Origin: Neoechinorhynchus agilis | Lineage: Eukaryota; Animalia; Acanthocephala | Assembly (NCBI GenBank): GCA_051530055.1 | Contig: CM121342.1 | Span: 3,967,489-4,031,488, forward strand | Direction: 5' to 3' | Length of the DNA: 64,000 nt | The notes under the pieces: model-generated | The model's input: only the letters and a program-made list of their open reading frames with translations | The model's database searches: none | Told to the model about the DNA's origin: nothing | Made by a program: the position numbers and the translations under genes | Shown: positions 12,622 to 25,097 of the stretch, piece by piece | Layout: each line of letters begins with the position of its first letter | Numbering within the stretch: the stretch's first letter is position 1

Positions 12622-15225
12622 CTTCTTTCGAAATAAAGTAGAATGTCGTTTATGAGGGTCCTAGATTTTAGTTTGATGTTAACATCGATTTTACCTCTTG
12701 GACAACCCAACGATTTCGGTCAGGGAAGTGTTCAATGTAAATGAGTTTGTACAAATCCCTCTGGATCCTTAGATTTTGAACCCTTTGACCACCTCGACAC
12801 TTTCTACGGAATGTACAAATCCCTAAGCTGCCGTCTTGATTTATTTGATTCCGGGTTTTGTATAACTAAATACCCTCGAATCGTCTGAGTTTCTTGGACA
12901 ATCGTTTGACCAGGGCAGAGTGTTTCGACGCCAAAGGGAACGAAATAATTGCGATTCTCAACAACGGCCATTGTTGATCCAAGAGTCGAGGTTCTTCTTT
13001 CGAAATAAAGTAGAACGTCGTTTATGAGGGTCACAGATTTTAGTTTGATGTTAACATCGATTTTACCTCTTGGACAACCCAACGATTTCGGTCAGGGAAG
13101 TGTTCAATGTAAATGAGTTTGTACAAATCCCTCTGGATCCTTAGATTTTGAACCCTTTGACCACCTCGACACTTTCTACGGAATGTACAAATCCCTAAGC
13201 TGCCGTCTTGATTTATTTGATTCCGGGTTTTGTATAACTAAATACCCTCGAATCGTCTGAGTTTCTTGGACAATCGTTTGACCAGGGCAGAGTGTTTCGA
13301 CGCCAAAGGGAACGAAATAATTGCGATTCTCAACAACGGCCATTGTTGATCCAAGAGTCGAGGTTCTTCTTTCGAAATAAAGTAGAACGTCGTTTATGAG
13401 GGTCACAGATTTTAGTTTGATGTTAACATCAATTTTACCTCTTGGACAACCCAACGATTTCGGTCAGGGAAGTGTTCAATGTAAATGAGTTTGTACAAAT
13501 CCCTCTGGATCCTTAGATTTTGAACCCTTTGACCACCTCGACACTTTCTACGAAATGTACAACCACTAAGCTGCTGTCTTGATTTATATGATTCTCGGGT
13601 TTTGGTATGTTCAAATACCCTCGAATATCGTCTGAGTTCCTTGGACAATCGTTTGACCAGGGCAGAATGTTTCGACGCCAAAGAGAACGAAATAATTGCG
13701 ATTCTCAACAGCGGCCATTACATCCAAGAGTCGAGGTTCTTCTTTCGAAATAAAGTAGAATGTCGTTTATGAGGGTCCTAGGATTTTAGTTTGATGTTAA
13801 CATCAATTTTACCTTGCACAACCCAACGATTTCGGTCAGGGAAGTGTTCAATGTAAATGAGTTTGTACAAATCCCTCTGGATCCTTAGATTTTGAACCCT
13901 TTGACCACCTCGACACTTTCTACGGAATGTACAAATCCCTAAGCTGCCGTCTTGATTTATATGGATTCCCGGGTTTTGTATAACCAAATACCCTCGAATC
14001 GTCTGAGTTTCTTGGACAATCGTTTGACCAGGGCAGAGTGTTTCGACGCCAAAGGGAACGAAATAATTGCGATTCTCAACAACGGCCATTGTTGATCCAA
14101 GAGTCGAGGTTCTTCTTTCGAAATAAAGTAGAACGTCGTTTATGAGGGTCACAGATTTTAGTTTGATGTTAACATCAATTTTACCTCTTGCACAACCCAA
14201 CGATTTCGGTCAGGGAAGTGTTCAATGTAAATGAGTTTGTACAAATCCCTCTGGATCCTTAGATTTTGAACCCTTTGACCACCTCGACACTTTCTACGGA
14301 ATGTACAAATCCCTAAGCTGCCGTCTTGATTTATATGATTCTCGGGTTTTGTATAACTAAATACCCTCGAATCGTCAGAGTTCCTTGGACAATCGTTTGA
14401 CCAGGGCAGAGTGTTTCGACGCCAAAGAGAACGAAATAATTGCGATTCTCAACAACGGCCATTGTTGATCCAAGAGTCGAGGTTCTTCTTTCGAAATAAA
14501 GTAGAATGTCGTTTATGAGGGTCATAGATTTTAGTTTGATGTTAACATCGATTTTACCTCTTGGACAACCCTACGATTTCGGTCAGGGAAGTGTTCAATG
14601 TAAATGAGTTTGTACAAATCCCTCTGGATCCTTAGATTTTGAACCCTTTGACCACCTCGACACTTTCTACGAAATGTACAAATCCCTAAGTTGCCGTCTT
14701 GATTTATTTGATTCCGGGTTTTGTATAACCAAATACCCTCGAATCGTCTGAGTTTCTTGGACAATCGTTTGACCAGGGCAGAGTGTTTCGACGCCAAAGG
14801 GAACGAAATAATTGCGATTCTCAACAACGGCCATTGTTGATCCAAGAGTCGAGGTTCTTCTTTCGAAATAAAGTAGAACGTCGTTTATGAGGGTCCCAGA
14901 TTTTAGTTTGATGTTAACATCGATTTTACCTCTTGGACAACCCAACGATTTCGGTCAGGGAAGTGTTCAATGTAAATGAGTTTGTACAAATCCCTCTGGA
15001 TCCTTAGATTTTGAACCCGTTGACCACCTCGAAACTTTCTACGGAATGTACAAATCCCTAAGCTGCCGTCTTGATTTATTTGATTCCGGGTTTTGTATAA
15101 CTAAATACCCTCGAATCGTCTGAGTTTCTTGGACAATCGTTTGACCAGGGCAGAGTGTTTCGACGCCAAAGGGAACGAAATAATTGCGATTCTCAACAAC
15201 GGCCATTGTTGATCCAAGAGTCGAA
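12622..15225 (-). repeat. Tandem array, 372-bp unit, ~7 copies, probably derived from the 3' end of a CRE-like non-LTR retrotransposon
   Basis: Identical ORFs 372 bp apart (12804 and 13176). The minus strand reads NYFVPFGVETL...(frameshift)LVKRLSKKL, like the REL-region motif F.P..VETLG seen in the element at 57.4 kb (YIFIPIAVETLG). Confidence 0.85.
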
Positions 15226-15325
15226 ATATCCTGGAAGAATGCACAATCGAAGGTCCCTGGGGGTGTGGAATCTTTAGGACACAAAATTCCTGTTTAATGT
15301 CGTTGTTTTTAAGATAATTTCGTCG

Positions 15326-18300
15326 ATGATGCACCCTTTGGTGATGGGAATCGTGTGTTTGTTCATAGGAATTCTCATGGGTGTTTTGGTGACACTGATA
15401 ATGTTCCATAACCTCAATCAGCCTCAAAAAGAGTCCGGTGACCCTCCTTTTTTCGCTGGTTCTCAATTCCAAGGAAGGCATTTGTACGTTAGTAGTCTCT
15501 TAACTCTAATATATGACTTTTTCGTTTTTTTACTAGAATGACAATGAAGCCAATTTGTCCGCGAAGGCCGTCAATGCAGTTCTTCAATTTCTTTTCCAAG
15601 AATTAAAAGATTCGGGAAAAGTGAGGCGGTACTTTATCCGCAAACTCGATGAAGACCTCCGTGAAGCAATGAAACAAAAAATGTTGGGTGCAATAATTCG
15701 TAGAATCGAAATTCGAGATTTCTCTCTTGGACAACAATCTCCAGAATTCACGCAAATCTCATTGAACACAGCCGAGTCCGATTCCACGATGAGTCTTTCT
15801 AACGTCGAAGTCGGCGTCCACATTCGATATTCATGTGGCGTTTGGCTATCGACAGCCATCGACCTCGTTCTCGATCAAAGTGCTCAAATCACAGTGAAAT
15901 TGAAAAAACTTGAAGCGGATGCGAAACTGGTTTTTCGGCGAGAACCATTCACTCATTGGTATTTGGCATTTTGTGGCGAACCAGAACTCGACGTGGACGT
16001 GGGAACACAGCTACAAGCTCGTAATTTCCCACAACTTGCAAGTCTGATCGGAAATCAGCTAAAGAAATCAATTGGACGACGACACGTATGGCCTTCGTAC
16101 TCAATTCGTTTCCGACCCTTTTTCGATTCTTCGCCAATCATAAAGTTCAAGAAAGAAGTTGCTTCCAAACCGTTTGATCTTATCCTCATCCATATCCGTT
16201 CCCTGGATCGATTGTTCACAATGAAACGTAAATGCGATCAATGCGTCGTCGGATTCCTTTTGTCGGAAAAATCAATGCAATCAATGATTGAAGAACGTCA
16301 TCGAAGTGAAGGAGATCGCGAACTTGTTGTTCCAAAGGGTCTCTACACCTCTGTTAAATTCCAAGATGTGATTCTTGTTGGAAACTCAATCACGTATATC
16401 TCTCAAGTCTTACCGCATACAATCGGTGGACCGCTACGTGAAGGACTCATTCTTACGGCCATCAATAACCAAACGGTCCAAGGAGCTGATCATGCAAAGC
16501 ATTTGTACGATAAATCGGCACCTAATGTTCTGCTTAGTCTCCAAGGAGGATATAAGGGAAAATTCGTAGATTGTGAGGACTTGGACGATTCCGACTCCGA
16601 ACAACTGGCACGAGTATCCTATCTTCTACAAGGAGATCACGTTCAACACCTCAAAACCACAAAACCAATATCCTATCGACGATTCATGGATTTTGACGAA
16701 TGTTTCGTCGTTGAGTATCGACCTGCGCTCGATAGATTTGTCAATATCTGTCTCCTTGCACTTGATGCCAGTTCAGAGAAGTCTAAACTGCTAGCGTTTA
16801 CTTCGTTTTCAATTGAGGAAATCGTGAAGGACTGCGATTTAACCTTAAGAAGGGAATGCCAGTTCTCAAGAAACCTTATTAGAGTTCTTCAATATAAAGA
16901 TGAAGATCCGGAACTGGCTAAACATCGAGGATATGACCGAATGCTTGCTAATGGGCATTTAACTGTCCGGTTCCAGTTATTAGTGGGAAGTGGCGAGAAT
17001 CCGTCATCTTCGACCATGAGTGAACCCATTGTTCGAGATACAGAAGTAAAAAATGAACCATTTGATACGAGGTGAGTCCAAAACCTTTTGGATATCTTTT
17101 AAAATCGTAAAATATTAGCGGTCATCGGTTAGAAGCTAGAAGATTAAGCGTATATACGTTCTGCGCTTTTTGCAACGGAAAGGTTTGTCTCTCAATCCCA
17201 TTCTTATTCGCCCCCCTTTTTTTTCAATTAGATATGGCTCAAAAATGCATTCGAATGTGTCAACTGCAAAATTGTATGCCACCGAAAATGCGCCCATCTA
17301 TGTTATAATTCGCCTTGTGTACCGGCTCTCAAATCAATTCAAAGAACCAGTTCGACTCAATCGTTGCCTGTTCGTGTAAATGAAAGTAGCACTTTTAGTA
17401 TTGGAGAAAACTTTGAAATGAGAAGAAAAGCCGAGGGTTTAAGTGCTTATTCGACTAAGTGCACGGAGATTTTGTATTTAATCCAAGTGGCTTTAAAAAA
17501 AGAAGAAATTAGCCTTGAAATGTATCCAAAATGATTTTAACGTTTTTGGAAAAGATTTATAGATCAAAAGGGAATGATGGCATTGAAATCAACAGCACTT
17601 TTCTATGGCTTTCTAAAGATTTCAATGAAGGGTTTTTTGTACCCAGAGATTTTGTATTTAATCCAAGTGGCTTTAAAAAAAGAAGAAATTAGCCTTGAAA
17701 TTTATCCAAAATGATTTTAACGTTTTTGGAAAAGATTTATAGATCAAAAGGGAACGATGGCATTGAAATCAACTGCACTTTTCTATGGCTTTCTAAAGAT
17801 TTCAATGAAGGGTTTTTTGTACCCAGAGATTTTGTATTTAATCCAAATGGCTTTAAAAAAAAGAAATTAGCCTTGAAATGTATTGAAAATGATTTTAACG
17901 TTTTTGGAAAAGATTTATAGATCAAATGGACACATTTTCTGAATTGCGGTCATTTTATTTATGAAAGCAAATCTTTTGATTATCTAGATTCCGCCGAACT
18001 TATCAAAATGAAAAGGTCACGTAAAAGATCCAAAATTTTAAGTTATAGTCAAAATGAGTAAGCTGCCCAGATTATGTCTTATTGGATTTAGATCTTAAGT
18101 TTGTTTGAGTGTAGAGGTAGTTTTTAAAAAAGAGCGTTGAAATTCTTGTTAGTCGTCGTATAGCTTTTGTTCTTCATAAAGAAAGAAGAAATTCTATCAT
18201 CGATCGATCAAATTCGTTCCCGTCTTCGAAATGAACTATCAATGATGGACGACAAATTCGGTACGATGGTTCGTTACACAAGTGAGCACATGCTCACTTC

Positions 18301-18898
18301 GTACCTTCGACAAGGTTTTCTCAGTCTCAAAGAATCATCTTATGTTCCAATTACACGATTGGGCATAATTGGCGATCTTATTGGACAACTTACATCGATT
18401 TGCCGATCGATTGAAGTGGACAGGCCATTTGACGAAGATCTAGAAAGTGAAGTGATCCGACTACGAACTCAGCTCATTCATTTCGGTTCCATTGAGTTGA
18501 CTCTTAGAGCGATGTTGGATATGGACGAATGTCGTTTTGCTCTGTCGTTAATGCTTGATCAACTTCAAACTGAATCCAAATCAAGGTTGTCACTAAAGAA
18601 ATTAAAGAAAAAAGAAACACAACCTATGATAACTCCGTGTACTACACAAGCGGATTCTGTGAAAAATTCATCTCAAAGCACAATGATTGGCTCAGCCTAT
18701 AAACGATATAAGGACAAAATGTTAAATTCATGGACCAAAAAGCCTTTGAGGCAATCGATGGCCGATGTAATGAATGTCGTCTACAATCGAACTCATAAAG
18801 CAGTCAGTAACGCCGGGTTTTCAACTATAGACGAAGAGGACGAAGAGGAACACTTGTTTGATTCGGTGTCCTTTCGTACTCATCGCGTTGATAAGTGA
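15326..18898 (+). CDS. PDZD8: PDZ domain-containing protein 8 (TM-SMP-C2/PDZ-C1-coiled coil), ER contact-site lipid transfer protein
   Basis: N-terminal TM helix; SMP domain (FLFQELKDS...LIGNQLKKSIGRRHVWPSYSIRFRPFF). C1 domain hidden in small exons 17119-17182 and 17232 onward (HRLEARRLSVYTFCAFCNGK|IWLKNAFECVNCKIVCHRKC). Introns 15488-15536, 17072-17118, 17183-17231 and probably 17376-18163. Confidence 0.9.
17466..17925. repeat. 180-bp tandem repeat, ~2.5 copies, in a PDZD8 intron
   Basis: gagattttgtatttaatccaa at 17466, 17646 and 17826. Confidence 0.92.
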
Positions 18899-18969
18899 GC
18901 TGGGTGAGGAAAAAAGAAAATAGTTTGTTTTAAAATAGCGTTTTCGAGTTTTTGTAATCTCACTATACT

Positions 18970-20350
18970 AATAGTCGCCAATTTGTTTTAAAAAACTTCT
19001 TATTCCGTTGTTAAATCTAAAGTCCTTTTAAAAGTAAATGTTTTTATAATAATAAATTATAAAACGTGCAATCACCACCGCCACCCGCAAAATCTTAGCT
19101 TCTCTCCTTCCTCGGGCCTCGTTGTTCTGCGAGATATTTTGTCGCAGGAATACACCTGCTCGTGAGTCGTCGGTCTCTCAATTTTTTCGAGAGATCCTGG
19201 AGCAGAGTGCCGAGCTGTGAACCCTTGCTAATTCTCTATATTTTCGTACCTTCCTCCCTTCCGCTGCACCTCCAGCGATTTCGAGAGAGTAGGGAATGTT
19301 GCTTACTGCGAGGGTCGTCCCAGAGAAGGCATTTGCCCTCCTGCCACGGAAAGACTGAAATTCCGTCTAGTCGACAAAGATGGGCGGGTTCCAGGATGTT
19401 CGGGAAGTTCGCCGTTCTAAACGCCCGAGAAATTGCGTTATTGATTTCAGAATGGCGTGAGAACCTTCCTCCTGACCTTCTGCAGACGAGACCGTGTCAC
19501 CCGAAAGCATCAACCAAAGACCCACATCGATAGCGATGGGGCGTGCATATCGGGAGACCAAGTCTTAAGGATACTGCGATCCTCGTTACCTCATCAGTAA
19601 GAAGAGTTCCCACTGATGCCAGAGGACAAAACTTTTCCCTCAGAATTTTCTTCGCTATCGGTTGACTCCCCTCCTAAGATCCAAGAAAAGCTGGGAAGGT
19701 CTAAGATACGGCGATTGGACGAATCCCACCTTCTTTTTTTGTGAGGGCACATAATGATTCTTCGAAAAATAGGTCTTTTCCAACGGGATTCAAATCCTCT
19801 CCAGTCAGGCGGTCGACTATTCGAGAAAGCGACCTTTCTAAGGAGAAAGCTGCTTCACCAGTTGTAAAGTCCTTTAGGTGCTGAGGCCTTAGCCCCGAAG
19901 CAAAAGCAATATAAATTGAAAAAAGCGCATTTTTTTGCTCCAAAAAATATCGATATTAAAAATTAGAGACTACGACAAATGGCGTTTGGCACGTCCAAAT
20001 AGTCGCCAATTTGTTTTAAAAAACTTCTTATTCCGTTGTTAAATCTAAAGTCCTTTTAAAAGTAAATATTTTTATAATAATAAATTATAAAACGTGCAAT
20101 CACCACCGCCATCGGCAGAATCTTAGCTTCTCTCCTTCCTCGGGCCTCGTTGTACTGCGAGATATTTTGTCGAAGGAATACACCTGCTCGTGAGTCGTCG
20201 GTCTCTCAATTTTTTCGAGAGATCCTGGAGCAGAGTGCCGAGCTGTCAAGCGCTCCACTACTCCAAAAGGGATAAAATAGTGGACCCTCGCTAAATCGCT
20301 ATATTTTCGTACCTTCCTCCCTTCCGCTGCACTAGCTGACCTCCAGCGAT
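18970..20350. repeat. ~310-350-bp direct repeats (18970-19279 and 19998-20350) enclosing a retroelement fragment
   Basis: aatagtcgccaatttg...cctccagcgat occurs twice, with small indels. Confidence 0.9.
19280..19930 (-). mobile_element. Decayed CRE-like non-LTR retrotransposon RT fragment
   Basis: GLRPQHLKD...LCALTKKEGGIRPIAV and VSSAEG motifs, with frameshifts. Confidence 0.75.
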
Positions 20351-21104
20351 ATTAAATATTTTGATATGTGTGATAGAAATTGAAACTTACGATTTCGTGA
20401 GCAGTGTTTCTGAAACAACTGTGCTCCGTGGAAGCTTTTTTACAAATATTTTAAACTTATACAGGTTATCAATAAGGGTTATTCGTTGTTATTCTTGGAA
20501 AAATACGTTAGGGAAACTACGAAAGCGTAAGAAGATTACTTCGGATTGGGTTTCATATCCTCGGGACCGAAAAATGCAATATAATCTGCAATTTATTCGA
20601 GTAAATTGAAAAGAAACCCAATGGGGGACAAAATAAACATGAATTACTTTACTGTCATTATGGCAAAGAAAGATCTCGAAAGGAATCTTTGACTGTTAGC
20701 AATGAATATGAATGAAAACTATGACTATATAAAATGCAGTTCGTAAGTCAAGTTTTGCCGAGAAAAGTTCATGGTTTTATGAGCTTAGATCTTCAGCACT
20801 GTCTGGAATGCGAATTTGTTTGTCGACTTGGGAACTTCGATTAGATCGCATTTGCCCTTTAAAAACGAAGCATATCTTTCACATTGTATTTTTTATTATA
20901 AAACATCTTTTCTGCGTCGCAAAATTTAATAAGCTTTTACTTTACCAACAGTCGAAAAAGTTTGAAAAACACTGTTCCACACCTTCGAAAATCAAACGGT
21001 AAACAAAGATGATTTTGCACTCACCATTTCATGCTTTATTAATGTGAAGTCCGAGGATGTTTCTCAGTAGGTCGAAATGTGCCACTTTAATTCTTAGCCA
21101 AGCA

Positions 21105-21950
21105 TTAGAACGTCTTTTACTCGGATTTTTTCCTTGTGGGCACACAGTTAATCGATATTTTACATTGGGGGAACAGAATGAAATCTGTTAGACTCTAAAA
21201 TGGATTTTGAATCCTTTTGACCCTCAATCTACCTCCTCGGGAAACCGCTTCCCAGAAGACAACAAAATTCAACACTAATCCCAAGGTATAAAAGATGGCA
21301 GAGTTTGTACATTTCGTAGTTTTGTCGAAGCGGTCCAGTGGACTTCGGTTTGAGGGTCAAAAGGATTCAAAATCCACCGTCGACTTTGACTCACAACAAA
21401 AGGAAACGAAATACCGTTCTGCAGGGAAGAGGAAACTCACTGATGAGTGTAGGATCCTCGGGAGGAGGGATCTGAGAATCCGGAGCAATTCTTTTTTTGA
21501 AAGTCTAACAGATTTCATTCTGTTCCCCTATGTAAAATATCGGTTGGATGTGTGCCCAAAGGAAAAATCCGAGTAAAAGATGTTCTACAGAAAAACCTAA
21601 ACCGCTTCCCAGAAGACAACAAAATTCAACACTAATCCCAAGGTATAAAAGATGGCAGAGTTTGTACATTTCGTAGTTTTGTCGAAGCGGTCCAGTGGAC
21701 TTCGGTTTGAGGGTCAAAAGGATTCAAAATCCACCGTCGACTTTGACTCACAACAAAAGGAAACGAAATACCGTTCTGCAGGGAAGAGGAAACTCACTGA
21801 TGAGTGTAGGATCCTCGGGAGGAGGGATCTGAGAATCCGGAGCTATTCGTTTTTTGAAAGTCTAACAGATTTCATTCTGTTCCCCTATGTAAAATATCGG
21901 TTGGATGTGTGCCCAAAGGAAAAATCCGAGTAAAAGATGTTCTAGAGAAA
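21105..21950. mobile_element. MITE-like element with ~90-bp terminal inverted repeats and an internal 357-bp tandem duplication
   Basis: 21105-21195 is the reverse complement of 21502-21590 and of 21859-21947. The duplicated ORFs at 21295 and 21652 are 357 bp apart. Confidence 0.7.
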
Positions 21951-22909
21951 CACTTAATTAACATAACCGGCTTGCTAGAAGACTTAAGTTAATTCTTAGC
22001 ATAGGATGAAAGTGATCATCGCTGTTAGACTCTTGAACACCGAGAAGGTTTGTTAGCACGCGAATAATCTTCATTGTTAGTTTTCTCAAATTTAGAATGT
22101 TTTTCGCTGGCAATTCAACGTGAAACTTTGGTAGTTCTTTTTCTCGAAATTTGTCCTTAGTGCATGTTTGGTTCTCAATTTCACAATAATAACAAGAAAA
22201 CCTTTAAATTTCGACTTTTGCACCTGAATCAAAGATGCTTGAGGTTTCATATAAGAAGGTTCATTAAGCGACAGATAACAAAATTTGTGTCTCTCCTCTG
22301 GAAAATATTAAGGCGGCTTTGTGGCGTTTCTTTTATGAGCTTAATAAATTTTCTATTGTAAAATCACGAGATTTATAGTTGAACCTTGACGAAATTGAGA
22401 GCGTGAGTAATCTATATTGAAAAGGTCCGAGAAATTTTTAATTTTCTTCAAAAAGAAACAGTTAAAAGGATAATTTGTATTTTAGAAAAAAAAAGTAAAA
22501 TGAGATTTGACAAAGATATAAAACATGTTATATTTTTCACATTATTGTCCATATTGTAAAATGTAAGAAAGACCAACAAATTTTGACGCTTACCTGCCAA
22601 TGATAATTGTTTAAATAATAAAACTGACAAATCTTGCTCATGGAAAATAAGACCAAACGAAGGAATCCTTTAAAAATGAGATCGATATTGCATTTTAGGT
22701 AATGAAAAAAATCTTTTACCGATCCAGATTCTGGTCGTTGATTATTTAGTTCGGATGATATATTAAGACGAAGAGGCCTGAACTAATCTTTTTTGTTTGA
22801 ACAATAGAAATTTATAACATTTTAAAAATTCTATCTAAGAATAGAAAGATTCAATCAATTTTTCTGGGGTATTTTAGACAACCGATCTCATTTTTAGCAG
22901 CGAAATATA

Positions 22910-23974
22910 CTAAAACAAATAATCACTCGGTTCATTTGGTTCAGATTGTTTTTGAGGCGTTAGTGTAGCGTCTCCTTCACAATCCTGCGGACCAAACAAA
23001 GAATTGAACGTGTTCCAATCGGTTCCATTATCTACATTTGTTTCGCCGTGTGCTGTGATGGCAAGTGGACGACGATCGTTTTCCTCGTCCCTTCGTTGTC
23101 CGTCATGCAATCTAGCGTCCAACTGATTGATCCATTCTACGCAATGATTACAATTCTGATTGCTACCATCATAGACTGACATTTGTGATTGGTTAAAGTA
23201 TCTCGGATCCGGCATGGGCTGCGCTGACGATCCTGGTTGACCTCCAGACTGCGAGGAATTCATTTTTGCAGTAGTTGACACAATAAAGTTCATTATAAAC
23301 GAAATAAGTCGATTTATAAGATGTTCATGTTTCTCGTGTCTCACTTGTAAACTCTTTAACTCTTTTAAAAACTCAGAATGAGCTGATTGGAAGAACTCAA
23401 GTTGGCTACACATGTACCGTTGATTGTTCTCCAAACGTTCCATCATAAGTTCAATATTTTCAAGACGACGTTGAACTGTTTGTTGACTAGTATCTTTTGT
23501 TTCACGATCACGACGTGTTATCATTTGTAGGAGATCGTGGCGACCTCGGATGAAATACGGATGAGCGAACATTATAGGACCTTCGACGTTTTGAACACTG
23601 CCGTCGAGTTCAGCTCGAGTTCGGACTGTTTTACGTCGTCTAAATCCGTATTGATTAAGTTGTCGATGAAAACTCATAAAATTTCGATGTCGAAAGTAAC
23701 CGGACATTACTCTTGAGACAAACGCACTCTCGTCCAAGATTATAAATGAGGTTCCTTGACGGTCCCATCCAATGATTGACGCATGGCTGGGGCAGTTTAC
23801 AATATTCCACAGTTTTAAAATAAAATCAGCAACGGGCTGTGAGGTGTTGTTGTTGCCGTCGACAGAGGCAGCTGGAAGGAGTTCGTATCCAGAGTGTGGG
23901 TAATCTTCCTCACCCGTTGAATCAGGCTTACTCCTTAGATGGCGATGGCTCATTCTATATGGCCCAGGAGGCAT
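22910..23974 (-). CDS. HSF: Heat shock transcription factor (HSF1-like), single exon
   Basis: DNA-binding domain FILKLWNIV...YFRHRNFMSFHRQLNQYGFRR...FAHPYFIRGRHDLLQMITRR, followed by an HR-A/B heptad region. Confidence 0.93.
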   Translation of the reverse strand: MPPGPYRMSHRHLRSKPDSTGEEDYPHSGYELLPAASVDGNNNTSQPVADFILKLWNIVNCPSHASIIGWDRQGTSFIILDESAFVSRVMSGYFRHRNFMSFHRQLNQYGFRRRKTVRTRAELDGSVQNVEGPIMFAHPYFIRGRHDLLQMITRRDRETKDTSQQTVQRRLENIELMMERLENNQRYMCSQLEFFQSAHSEFLKELKSLQVRHEKHEHLINRLISFIMNFIVSTTAKMNSSQSGGQPGSSAQPMPDPRYFNQSQMSVYDGSNQNCNHCVEWINQLDARLHDGQRRDEENDRRPLAITAHGETNVDNGTDWNTFNSLFGPQDCEGDATLTPQKQSEPNEPSDYLF

Positions 23975-25097
23975 CTATAAACAAACAAAAAGGATGGCTG
24001 AATTGTCTCATAAATTCTCTCTTAGATTAAAAACGTGTTGTCGAAAATGGACCCGGATTGTTGTTTTTGTTGATCATTTATTTTAAACATCACCAAACTC
24101 GAATCAAATTCACTCGGACGACAAAGCGATTGCTGGCTTGGTTTAAGATTCTGCATCACCACCTTACTTTTATTCGCAACAATCGATTCATTTTGCAACG
24201 AATTGTTACCTTGAAATGATGCTACAAAACATTTAAAACACCAATCTTTTGTGATGTTTTTCTGTACTGATTTCTCGTTGGTACGCCGGGACGAATACAC
24301 ACGCAACTCCTGAAGAGTTCGTATCTCTGTTGAGCTTCTAAAATCGATTCTTCAATAAACTACTTCAAAAAAAAGAATTTCGGGCTTTTTTTAAAGGAGA
24401 ACACCTTTTTTACAGGATTCGAAGAGAAAAGGATTTTATCGTTTTAAATCAAATCCAATGCAACTTTATTTACCTTTTGGTTCAAACAGAAAAAACACGA
24501 GTCGGTAAGGAAGTCAAAAAGTAAAAAAATGGCAGTCAATAAATTGCAAAGAGCGTTTGGCTATCATCAGGAGAGTTTAAGGTTGCAAAACGTACCATTA
24601 GGTGATTAAATTGTTATAAAAGTATCGTTTTTAATCAAAATCCGCGATATTTTGGTAGTTTGCCACGCAAAACAATGATATTTGTTAACTTAATTATTCC
24701 AAAAAGATTGTCGATCCAGATCATATTCATCTTCCCGTTATTAAATGCTTCGGAATCTGAGGTTTAAATTTAAAAAACGATGTACAAATCCTGCAAACCC
24801 ATCAATAGGAATAATCTTCACCGATAAGGGGGAAAATATTAGTCAACTACGAAGACCTTAAGCGAATTTATTGATTCATCTATTAAAAATTAGAATAAAA
24901 TATGAGAAAAGGGGGAAACCGGCACCCGTTTTTTGCCAATCTAAGGGACACTCGTCGACTTATGGATATTAACTTACAAAAAGGGAACGAAGGATACTAC
25001 AAAGAATTTAATTAATGGAAAGTGATTAAAAAGTTTTAATCAAATGACAGTACTTAAAACTATTAAGACCAAAGTATCGGATCCTTTATTTTGGACA

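Noticed and set aside
12804-15284. Repeated 92-140 aa ORFs as a gene family
   Set aside because: By-products of the 372-bp array; frames vary among copies.
21436-21500. CTGATGAG as a hammerhead core
   Set aside because: No properly spaced GAAA or helix II/III downstream.
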